Below are positions 14,374 to 21,276 of a DNA stretch of 33,662 nucleotides, in pieces. The notes beneath the pieces are model-generated. The model was not told the origin of the DNA and did no database searches. It saw only the letters and a list, made by a program, of their open reading frames with translations. Each line of letters begins with the position of its first letter. Position 1 is the first letter of the stretch. The stretch lies in the IMG/VR virus record IMGVR_UViG_3300044564_000025. The stretch is one strand, 5' to 3'. Position numbers and translations under genes: made by a program. The DNA is from a virus.

Positions 14374-14563
14374 CGTCATCACCATCGTTCAGCTCGCGCA
14401 TGAGGTCATAGTGCGCCGAGTTGTACTTGCCGTAGGCGCGCTCGAACTCCGAAGCCTCCTGCTCCGACATGTGACCGAGCGAGGCAAGCACGACGGCCGT
14501 TATGGTTGCCTCTATCTGCAGCGACTCCAGGCACTTGAGGAGCGCCTCGTCACGCAACCTCAT
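14363..14563 (-). CDS. Hypothetical protein
   Basis: 66 aa, MRLRDEALLKCLESLQIEATITAVVLASLGHMSEQEASEF...; track ORF. Confidence 0.5.
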   Translation of the reverse strand: MRLRDEALLKCLESLQIEATITAVVLASLGHMSEQEASEFERAYGKYNSAHYDLMRELNDGDDDES

Positions 14564-14636
14564 CGCACGTCACCGTCACTTTCGCCTATTCGTCGCAAAC
14601 CAAGGCCGTTACAGCATAATTTCGTCGAATATGTCA

Positions 14637-14966
14637 TCAGATTCCTCCGAAATCGCGCCAGCGGATGATGCGGGCGCCGCAGTACGGACAGTAGCTCGGA
14701 GGCTCGCTGTCGCCCCAGTCGACCCAGTGTCCGCAGCTCAGGCGGTATCCCCACGCGGGCGACTCGCACTCGCACGTGTCATCGAACATGCTCGATTCCA
14801 CGTGACACGTCGGGTCGATGAGGCCGGCGAGGTAGTCTGCGCCAAGACCAGCGTTCTCACAGTTGCCATCAAGCTCGTCCTCGCCAATCGGCTCGCCAAG
14901 CAGCACGAGCCATCCGGCGTGCTTCCTCAGCCGCTCCGCCACGTAGCGGCGCTCTTCGCTACTCAT
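14637..14966 (-). CDS. Small protein with C-terminal zinc-ribbon-like Cys cluster
   Basis: MSSEERRYVAERLRKHAGW...CHVESSMFDDTCECESPAWGYRLSCGHW...YCPYCGARI. ATG 14966 overlaps the upstream stop by 8 nt. Confidence 0.55.
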   Translation of the reverse strand: MSSEERRYVAERLRKHAGWLVLLGEPIGEDELDGNCENAGLGADYLAGLIDPTCHVESSMFDDTCECESPAWGYRLSCGHWVDWGDSEPPSYCPYCGARIIRWRDFGGI

Positions 14967-15222
14967 GGCGCCCCTCCCATCCGTCACACTCGTTGTCGGT
15001 CGCAAACTCCGCGCGCGAATGGCGGCACCACACGTGCGAGAGCATCCGCACCGCCGCGACCTCGCCGAGGTCGTAATTCACGTCGTAGACCTGCGAGTCA
15101 GCCACGCAGTCGGCACACGACAGGCACTGGCCGCCCACGCGCTCGCACAGCTCGCGGGCGTCGGCGCGCAGCTCGCGCTCGAAGGCGCTCGCGTCCTCCG
15201 CCCCGACCTCGCTAGGACTCAT
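14959..15222 (-). CDS. Small Cys-rich protein (MSPSEVGA N-terminus)
   Basis: 87 aa; ...CERVGGQCLSCADCVADSQ... The ATG at 15222 lies inside the same conserved junction sequence as 14373. Confidence 0.55.
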   Translation of the reverse strand: MSPSEVGAEDASAFERELRADARELCERVGGQCLSCADCVADSQVYDVNYDLGEVAAVRMLSHVWCRHSRAEFATDNECDGWEGRHE

Positions 15223-15460
15223 CCTTATCGCGCTCCCTCATCCCTCGTGTGACCCAGTCCGTGTACGGTCTGAAGTAACTGCCGCCGCTCCGCTCATCGA
15301 GCTTTCGGTCGAGAGCGCTAACAACGCGGCTCAGGGTCTTGACGTACTCCACGCTCTCTTTTGCCCGGTGCCGGCTCTTCACCGTCCACAGCATCGAGAC
15401 GACGCTGGCTATGAGGGCGGCGATGGAGAGCGCGAGCGCGATTGTCTGCACGTCAGTCAT
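15212..15460 (-). CDS. Small membrane protein (one N-terminal TM helix)
   Basis: MTDVQTIALALSIAALIASVVSMLWTV...; 82 aa. Confidence 0.55.
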   Translation of the reverse strand: MTDVQTIALALSIAALIASVVSMLWTVKSRHRAKESVEYVKTLSRVVSALDRKLDERSGGSYFRPYTDWVTRGMRERDKDES

Positions 15461-15647
15461 GGCGCTCCCCCGTCTCGCACAGGTGCCCGACGAGCCGCAT
15501 CACGGACTCCATCACCGCGTCGGCGTCGCGGTCCGTGTGGCACTCCACCAGCGCGGCCACGTTCGCCACGCTGTCGAGCAGCATCCTCGCGGCGAACGGG
15601 TCCCCGTCGAACGCCTTCGGCGCCCTGATCTTCCTTCCGGCAGTCAC
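15453..15647 (-). CDS. Hypothetical protein
   Basis: 64 aa. The GTG start overlaps the upstream TGA (GTGA). Confidence 0.45.
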   Translation of the reverse strand: MTAGRKIRAPKAFDGDPFAARMLLDSVANVAALVECHTDRDADAVMESVMRLVGHLCETGERHD

Positions 15648-16000
15648 CTTTTCCTCCTGTCCCGATGCGTCAGCGCGTAGAACGCGGTCTCGCGGAAGGC
15701 CTCCGCGGCCTCGTCCAGGGCCGGCCCGACCACGCTCGCGGCCACTGACTCGGCCGCGTCCATGCCGTCGGGAACGAGCCAGACCTCGTACCCGCAGGCG
15801 CCTGCGATGGCCAGCATGGTGTCCGCGAACTGGTGGCCGTCGTGACGGAGCGTCTTCGTGAGCGCCCCGCGGTTCTTCCCCATCGCGCGCTCGGTCTCCG
15901 CGATGGTCATGCCGCAGTCGGCCATCATCTGACGTTCGGCCTCAATGGCCCCCGCGTTTGACGGCTGGACGCGGATCGCGCCCGAGATCTTGTCAGCCAT
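15644..16000 (-). CDS. Hypothetical protein with possible HTH
   Basis: 118 aa, ...CGMTIAETERAMGKNRGALTKTL... Confidence 0.5.
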   Translation of the reverse strand: MADKISGAIRVQPSNAGAIEAERQMMADCGMTIAETERAMGKNRGALTKTLRHDGHQFADTMLAIAGACGYEVWLVPDGMDAAESVAASVVGPALDEAAEAFRETAFYALTHRDRRKR

Positions 16001-16208
16001 CGCGCCCCTCCCTCGTCCTGACCTCGAGCGCCTGGCGGAACCGCGTCCCGTCCATGTCGAGGACCTGTCCCTGCGATTGCCTGTCGCACCAGTCGAAGTA
16101 GGCGGCCATGTCGCGGTAGCTGCCGAACACCATCGGCAGGATCCTGTCGTTCGGGCCGTCCATGATGACCACTGGCTCGCTGTCCAGCCCTACCCTTGTC
16201 GCCGCCAT
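15993..16208 (-). CDS. Hypothetical protein
   Basis: 71 aa from ATG 16208 (GGAG 8 nt upstream): MAATRVGLDSEPVVIMDGPNDRILPMVFGSY... The Arg-rich 5' part of the track ORF was trimmed. Confidence 0.5.
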   Translation of the reverse strand: MAATRVGLDSEPVVIMDGPNDRILPMVFGSYRDMAAYFDWCDRQSQGQVLDMDGTRFRQALEVRTREGRDG

Positions 16209-16210
16209 CG

Positions 16211-16666
16211 CTACCACTCCTCCCCGGCTTCGATCCTGCCTGCGATGGACTCGAGCTCGCCCAGGTCCATGTGCTCGTCGGAGCGTGCCCGGCGCACCCA
16301 GTCGAGTATCATCGCGGCGCACTTGCTCGGGCGGCGGAGGGCATTGAGGTCAACACACCCGTCGTACCTCCCGTCGGGCGTGTACGTGCTCGCCGTCTCC
16401 CACTCGCCGGCGCCGAGTCCCATGGCCCCGATGACCATGCAGTGCCCGAGGCCGTTGACGCACCGGTCACCCACGTGCCACGGCCTGCCCTCGTCATCGG
16501 TCGGCAGCGCGACGTATCGCTCGTCAAGCTCGTCGGCCCACTTGCGTGCGATGTCCGCAGAGGTTTTCCCGTAGATGGTCATGCCCCTGTGCGGGTCGTC
16601 CCACCCGTCCGCCACCTCGCGCATCTCCTGTGCGAGCGTCATCTCGTCCAGTCCCATCTCGCTCAT
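16211..16666 (-). CDS. Hypothetical protein
   Basis: 151 aa from ATG 16666 (ATGA overlap): MSEMGLDEMTLAQEMREVADGWDDPHRG... Confidence 0.55.
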   Translation of the reverse strand: MSEMGLDEMTLAQEMREVADGWDDPHRGMTIYGKTSADIARKWADELDERYVALPTDDEGRPWHVGDRCVNGLGHCMVIGAMGLGAGEWETASTYTPDGRYDGCVDLNALRRPSKCAAMILDWVRRARSDEHMDLGELESIAGRIEAGEEW

Positions 16667-17016
16667 TCCGTTCCCCCTTGTCCTTCCGTTCCCGGAACCT
16701 TGCCGTACCTCCCGCACTGCACGCGGTTGATCGCGCTCGCGACGGCCGCCACGCTCACCCCGTAGTCGGAGGCGAGCCGCAGCTTGCTCGCGCCGTGCCT
16801 CCACGCGTCGTAGCAGGCGAGCGACTCCAGCCGCGTGAGGCACCTCGACTTCGGTCTGCCGCCTCCCGTCTCCACCTTCGCCGCCTGGTACTCGCGGGCG
16901 AGAAGGGCCACCTGCCTCGCCTGCGCGGACGTCAGCGAGTACACCAGCGGCGACCCGTCGTCCAGGAACACCGTCAGCACCGCGTGGTCCACGCGCCTCT
17001 GGTCACGACCTCCCAT
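16663..17016 (-). CDS. Hypothetical protein with C-terminal HTH-like segment
   Basis: 117 aa; ...ASKLRLASDYGVSVAAVASAINR... Confidence 0.5.
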   Translation of the reverse strand: MGGRDQRRVDHAVLTVFLDDGSPLVYSLTSAQARQVALLAREYQAAKVETGGGRPKSRCLTRLESLACYDAWRHGASKLRLASDYGVSVAAVASAINRVQCGRYGKVPGTEGQGGTE

Positions 17017-17761
17017 CGCCCCTCCTCACGTTCCGCGACTCGAGGCGCCGGTCGGCGCCCCTGTCCTCGATCACGTCGCAGCTGTCCACGATCCTCGACG
17101 CCACGGCCTGCGCCGTGAGCTCGTCCCCGCGCGACGCCAGCCGCTCCGCGAGCCCCGCCGGGCTCAGCTGCGAGGTCCACACCGTGGGCAGCATCGCGCC
17201 GTACCTGCGGTCGGCGATCTCGAAGAGCTTCGCCAGCGTCCAGGGCGATGGCGCCTCCTTGCCCACGTCGTCCACCACGAGCAGCCGCGCCGTGGCGTAG
17301 CCCGACGTGACGGAGCCCTCGCCGCGCCCGTCGGTCATGGCGCTGCGGCAGTCGTCGAGCATGGCCACGCACGGCACGAACCGCGTGCCCCTGCCGCCCT
17401 CGGCGATCCACCCGCGCGCCGCGGCGCACGCCGCCGAGGTCTTGCCGTTGCCGCCGGTCTCGCCCCAGACGTACAGCCCGCGGCCGTCGCGCATCCGCCT
17501 CGCGAAGCGCCTGTCCACGGGCACGTGGGCGAACCTCTCGGGGATGCCCGCGGCCCTCGTGGCCTCCTCCAGGAGCCGCTGGGCGCGCTCCTCGGCGCTG
17601 CCGGCGTCCCTCGCGAGCAGCTCGCGCGTCCGCTCGCGGTCGGCCTCGGCGGCGCGGCGGAACTCGTCCATCGACATCGTGTTCGCGGCCCTGACCTGCT
17701 CGACGGGCACGGAGTTCCCGTGCAGCCTGATCAGCTCGGGCAGGTCCATCGCGGCGCCCAT
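17003..17761 (-). CDS. DnaC/IstB-like AAA+ helicase loader
   Basis: Walker A GLYVWGETGGNGKTS, Walker B ARLLVVDDVGKE; 252 aa from ATG 17761 (TGATG overlap with the organiser gene). Confidence 0.8.
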   Translation of the reverse strand: MGAAMDLPELIRLHGNSVPVEQVRAANTMSMDEFRRAAEADRERTRELLARDAGSAEERAQRLLEEATRAAGIPERFAHVPVDRRFARRMRDGRGLYVWGETGGNGKTSAACAAARGWIAEGGRGTRFVPCVAMLDDCRSAMTDGRGEGSVTSGYATARLLVVDDVGKEAPSPWTLAKLFEIADRRYGAMLPTVWTSQLSPAGLAERLASRGDELTAQAVASRIVDSCDVIEDRGADRRLESRNVRRGDGRS

Positions 17762-18618
17762 CAGTCGCCGCCGATCACGAGGTCGGGCTCGACGTCGTAC
17801 GCGGCGAAGGGGCTCGCCCTCCCGCGCTCGGCCCGCGCCTCCTGCAGGTAGCCCTCGAACTTCGTCGGGCGCAGGAGCGTCTCCGGCCGCAGGTAGCCGC
17901 GCATGCGCTGGTCCCGCTTCCACTGCGAGCACTTGACCTCGGCCACCGAGCACAGGTCGTCGGCGCCGTAGCCGTCGCGCAGCCGTCCCGACACGAGCCT
18001 CAGCGTCGCGGCGGAGTCGGGCGAGAATGACGAGCCGGTGAGCTCGTTGAGCCGTGAGACGAAGCGCACCGAGGCGTCGTGGACGTCAGCGTCCCTCGCG
18101 ACGCCCGCCTCGCGCGCGTTACCCCTCCTCTCACTCTCATTCTCACTCTCACTCTCCTTCTCACTCTCACTCTCATTCTCAGCATCATGGGGTTCGTCGC
18201 GACCCCATGGTAGGGTCTCGCCAGACCCCATAATGGGGTCCTCTCCACCCCTATCATGGGGTACGTCGGACACCACATCATGGGGTTCTCCAGACCCCAT
18301 AATGGGGTCCTCGCCACCCCTATCATGGGGTTCGTCAGACCCCATAGTGGGGTCATCGCCACCCCCGTCGCGGTCGGCCTCGCCATCGTCGCCGCCCCAC
18401 CTCTTCCTGGAGCCCTGGCTCCCGTAGGCGGACGACTTCGCGCTCATCTCGATGCGCCCCGCGAACGCGAGGAAGGCGAAGTACCACGGGTCGTTGCAGC
18501 GCTCCGGCTGCTCTCCCGTGAAGCCGTAGTCGAGAAGCGCCCTTGCGAGCCTGTCGCCCTGGTCGCCCGGAAGCGCCCTCATGACCTCGTACATGTCCTC
18601 CTGGATGCTGACCTTCAT
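17761..18618 (-). CDS. Replisome organiser / replication initiator-like protein with internal repeat linker
   Basis: The C-terminal ...VRFVSRLNELTGSSFSPDSAATLRLVSGRLRDGYGADDLCSVAEVKCSQWKRDQRMRGYLRPETLLRPTKFEGYL matches the conserved phage replication-protein C-terminus. It lies upstream of the DnaC-like loader. Confidence 0.7.
   Translation of the reverse strand: MKVSIQEDMYEVMRALPGDQGDRLARALLDYGFTGEQPERCNDPWYFAFLAFAGRIEMSAKSSAYGSQGSRKRWGGDDGEADRDGGGDDPTMGSDEPHDRGGEDPIMGSGEPHDVVSDVPHDRGGEDPIMGSGETLPWGRDEPHDAENESESEKESESENESERRGNAREAGVARDADVHDASVRFVSRLNELTGSSFSPDSAATLRLVSGRLRDGYGADDLCSVAEVKCSQWKRDQRMRGYLRPETLLRPTKFEGYLQEARAERGRASPFAAYDVEPDLVIGGD
18119..18357. repeat. Repeat array inside the organiser gene: 63-nt G-free tract with (TCAYTC)n plus four ATCATGGGGT and four GACCCCAT motifs
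   Basis: Hexamer run about 18125-18180. ATCATGGGGT at 18184, 18253, 18277 and 18322. GACCCCAT at 18201, 18224, 18293 and 18338. A 47-bp unit at 18221-18267 is repeated at 18290-18336 with 2 mismatches. Palindromes accccatAatggggt occur within it. Confidence 0.9.
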
Positions 18619-18619
18619 G

Positions 18620-19801
18620 TCAGTCCTCCCCGTTCCCCAAGATCTCGTCGAACCTCGCCGCGGCCTGCCGGTCGCGTCCGGGCATCACGTGCCCGTAGTA
18701 CCTGAGCGTCGTCGCCACGTCCGCGTGGCCCAGGCGCTCGCTCACCGTCTTCGCGTCCACGCCCGAGGCGATGAGCAGCGTCGCGTGCGTGTGCCGCAGC
18801 GTGTGGAAGCGCACCCACTTCGGCAGCCGCAGCGCCCTGGCCCGCCTGCCGAACCATCCGCTCAGGTCGTTCGGTCGCATGAAGTTGCCGTTCGTGCTGA
18901 CCATCGGCATGTTCGACGCCTTGCCCCAGCGCTCGCCCGACCACGCGAGGTGCCTGCGGATGCCGTCCGCCACCTCGGCTGAGAGCGCCACGCGGCGCAT
19001 GCCTCCGGTCTTGGTGCCGTCGTGCCGCTCGCGGGAGGCGTCCACGGTGCCGCGCACCATGAGGGTTGGCTCCTCCCCGTCGAGGAAGTCGGCGCGGCGC
19101 ATGGCGCAGACCTCGCCCACGCGGAGCCCGGTGTTGAGCGCGACCCACGAACCGAAGGCGCACACCCTGTCGCGCACGCGCCTGACCGTCGAGACGTCCG
19201 CGAATCCCTCGCGCAGCAGCGTGTCGTTGAGCGCCCTGGCCTGGATCTCGTCGAGCGCCTTGGGCCTCCTCTCGGTGCCTCCCTTGGGCAGCCTCACCCC
19301 GCGCACGGGGTTCCCGTCCGTCACGCCGAGGGCGCGCATGCGGTCCCAGAAGCCCGAGAGGAACGCCTTCTCGAGGTCGACGGTCGCCCTCGCATAGGTG
19401 GACGAGAGCGACGCGAGCAGCTCGTCGACGTCGGCGGCGGACACGTCGTCGATGCCGGACGGTGCCAGCGGCGCCGCGAGCTCGGCGCACCGCGCGTAGG
19501 CGCTCAGGGTGTTGGCCTTGGTCCCAGCCTTGCGCATGCGGCCGAGGTACGCCCGCATGAGCTCGCCCACCGTGGCATCGTCGGCCAGCTTGCGCGCCGC
19601 GTACTGGCGCCTGACCCACGCCTCGGCCTCGCCCCTGGCGTCCTCGACGGGAGTGCCAGCCGGGAAGCTGAGCTGCGGGCGCACCGCGCGCCCGGTCACC
19701 TTGCTCGTGCCGAGGTACAGGCGCACCACGAGCCTGCCGTCATCCTCGCGCACGAGCCTCGCATTGTGCGGCAGAGTCGCCACGACGTTCGACCCGCCCA
19801 T
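18620..19801 (-). CDS. Tyrosine recombinase (phage-integrase family), second copy, in the early operon
   Basis: ...NTGLRVGEVCAM..., ...FHTLRHTHATLL..., ...LGHADVATTLRYYGHV (R, HxxR, H, Y), plus a SAM-like N-terminal core-binding region. ATG 19801 has GGGGG 9 nt upstream. Confidence 0.9.
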   Translation of the reverse strand: MGGSNVVATLPHNARLVREDDGRLVVRLYLGTSKVTGRAVRPQLSFPAGTPVEDARGEAEAWVRRQYAARKLADDATVGELMRAYLGRMRKAGTKANTLSAYARCAELAAPLAPSGIDDVSAADVDELLASLSSTYARATVDLEKAFLSGFWDRMRALGVTDGNPVRGVRLPKGGTERRPKALDEIQARALNDTLLREGFADVSTVRRVRDRVCAFGSWVALNTGLRVGEVCAMRRADFLDGEEPTLMVRGTVDASRERHDGTKTGGMRRVALSAEVADGIRRHLAWSGERWGKASNMPMVSTNGNFMRPNDLSGWFGRRARALRLPKWVRFHTLRHTHATLLIASGVDAKTVSERLGHADVATTLRYYGHVMPGRDRQAAARFDEILGNGED

Positions 19802-19805
19802 CACA

Positions 19806-19943
19806 TCACGCCCCCACCGCGACGGCCGCGAAGGCCAGCACGCACGCGAGCGCGCGGACGAGCATGTACCACGCCACGGCCACGGCCGCCAGGGCGAGAA
19901 GCGCCGCGACCACCACCAGCGGCCAGAGCCCGTGCCGTCCCAC
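19806..19943 (-). CDS. Micro membrane protein (45 aa, two hydrophobic segments), predicted
   Basis: Hand-translated from GTG 19943: MGRHGLWPLVVVAALLALAAVAVAWYMLVRALACVLAFAAVAVGA. High GC3. It is in a different frame from the Arg-rich track ORF 19801..20034. Confidence 0.4.
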   Translation of the reverse strand: MGRHGLWPLVVVAALLALAAVAVAWYMLVRALACVLAFAAVAVGA

Positions 19944-20067
19944 CTGAAACCACCAGCCTCACCTCGCAGACCAAACAGAACAGTTGCAAACCCCGCCCGC
20001 CCCCGCGCGACGGCCCGGCAGATGTGGGCGTCAATCGCTACTCGAAAGGAGATCCATAGAAGGCAGA

Positions 20068-20105
20068 CCTCCCTCCCTCGGGCTTCGGCCCCCTCGGGAG
20101 GGAGG
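20068..20105 (-). terminator. Strong stem-loop (candidate intrinsic terminator or attenuator) inside the early operon
   Basis: cctccctccc (20068-20077) pairs with gggagggagg (20096-20105), with an inner gggc-ttcg-gccc hairpin. On the minus strand it is followed by UCUGCCUUCUAUGG. Confidence 0.45.
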
Positions 20106-20144
20106 GAGCCGGGCCGCCGCGCGCGAGCGGGCGGGTGCGGGATC

Positions 20145-20288
20145 CTATCCCGCGTCGGCGGTGGCCGTCACCGGCGCCGCCTCGGCCACGCGCTCGTCCC
20201 GCTCGTTGAGCGGGCAGAGCGCCACGGCCAGCGCAACCACCGCGACCACGACGGCCACGACCAGCGCGGAGCGGACGTCACGCCTCAT
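20145..20288 (-). CDS. Micro membrane protein (47 aa), predicted
   Basis: Hand-translated from ATG 20288, overlapping the upstream stop by 11 nt: MRRDVRSALVVAVVVAVVALAVALCPLNERDERVAEAAPVTATADAG. High GC3. Confidence 0.4.
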   Translation of the reverse strand: MRRDVRSALVVAVVVAVVALAVALCPLNERDERVAEAAPVTATADAG

Positions 20289-20628
20289 GGCCGCTCGCCC
20301 CCAGGTACTCGTCCACCTGCGCGGGGCGCACCATGGCGCCGGTCTCGAAGCCGGCCGGGACCGACCAGTCGATGAGCCCCATCCTGTGCGCCTTGTAGAG
20401 CGTGCTCTTGGGAATCCCCGTCGCCATGGACACCTCCGCCACCGTGTACTGCCCCCTCACGGGAAGGCCCGCCGCCACGGCCATGGAGAGGAAGTCCTCC
20501 CCCGGGCGCTGCCCCGCGCCCTCCGCCGTGGCCATGCTCTTCCTCGCCGCCTGCGCGGCCTCGATCACCGCGCGCAGGAACTCGTCGAGCACGCGGCCCT
20601 CCGTCTCTGCTACCATCTCGTTGGACAT
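20278..20628 (-). CDS. Excisionase/MerR-like HTH protein (Xis candidate)
   Basis: ...QYTVAEVSMATGIPKSTLYKAHRMGLIDW...; 116 aa. Confidence 0.55.
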   Translation of the reverse strand: MSNEMVAETEGRVLDEFLRAVIEAAQAARKSMATAEGAGQRPGEDFLSMAVAAGLPVRGQYTVAEVSMATGIPKSTLYKAHRMGLIDWSVPAGFETGAMVRPAQVDEYLGASGHEA

Positions 20629-20688
20629 GGGTTACCGCCCTTCCGTCTGCCTCCGCGCGGCCTCACCCGCTCGGAGGCGCTTTCGTGT

Positions 20689-20949
20689 CTAAGCGAACGT
20701 CTCCGCGACCCCGACGAGGCTCGGCCCGAGTCGCACCTCGCGGGCCTCGCGGTTGAGGTCGAGGAAGTCGGACACGTTGACCGCCATCATCCGGTACGCG
20801 CCCAGCCTCAGCAGGTCGTTCCCCTCGTTCTGCTCGATGAGCCCGTGCGCGAACTCGCGCGCCGATTCGTAGGTGAAGAAGCCGCGCTCGTGCCACCTGC
20901 TGCCGTTCGTAGTCCAGGTGACCCTCCAGTCGTACGTGATGCCGTCCAT
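20689..20949 (-). CDS. Hypothetical protein
   Basis: 86 aa; GAGAGGAG SD; MDGITYDWRVTWTTNGSRWHERGFFTYESAREFAHG... Confidence 0.55.
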   Translation of the reverse strand: MDGITYDWRVTWTTNGSRWHERGFFTYESAREFAHGLIEQNEGNDLLRLGAYRMMAVNVSDFLDLNREAREVRLGPSLVGVAETFA

Positions 20950-20979
20950 GCCGACTCCTCTCGAAATGGGACTATAGGT

Positions 20980-21174
20980 TTAACTATCGCTATCAGCGAA
21001 AAAAATATCGCTGACCGGCACACCGAAAAGCGCAGACAGTTTCTTTGCGTCCTCTACAGTCACACACCCTGGATTAGACTCCATCTTTCGGTACGTAGGA
21101 CGAGAAACGCCCAGCTTACCGGCTACCAGCTCTTGAGTCATGTTCGCGTTCTCGCGCGCTTCTTTGAGTTCCAT
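20980..21174 (-). CDS. Cro/XRE-type HTH regulator
   Basis: MELKEARENANMTQELVAGKLGVSRPTYRKMESNPG...; AAAGGAGG SD. It is divergent from the CI-like gene. Confidence 0.8.
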   Translation of the reverse strand: MELKEARENANMTQELVAGKLGVSRPTYRKMESNPGCVTVEDAKKLSALFGVPVSDIFFADSDS

Positions 21175-21197
21175 ACCGTCCTCCTTTCCACAACTGA

Positions 21198-21226
21198 ACT
21201 ATAGGCAAACTTATAGTGCTTGTAAA
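21198..21226 (-). promoter_or_regulatory. Early (cro-side) promoter overlapped by an inverted repeat (operator candidate)
   Basis: Minus strand TTTACA (21221-21226), 17 nt spacer, TATAGT (21198-21203). The inverted repeat ACTATA-N8-TATAGT (21198-21217) covers the -10 element. Confidence 0.6.
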
Positions 21227-21276
21227 GAAATTTTGCCATATTCTGTAGAATAGTTTTATTGAAGGGACGGTAAGCG

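Noticed and set aside
18119-18357. Possible CRISPR array or tandem-repeat satellite
   Set aside because: The repeats are short (8-10 bp cores, one 47-bp duplication), irregularly spaced, in frame inside a protein-coding gene and without unique spacers or cas genes. They are interpreted instead as iterons or a linker.
19801-20034. 77-aa Arg/Gly-rich minus-strand ORF upstream of the second recombinase
   Set aside because: Its composition is typical of an out-of-frame reading. A different frame gives a 45-aa hydrophobic ORF with high GC3 (19806..19943), which is reported instead at low confidence.
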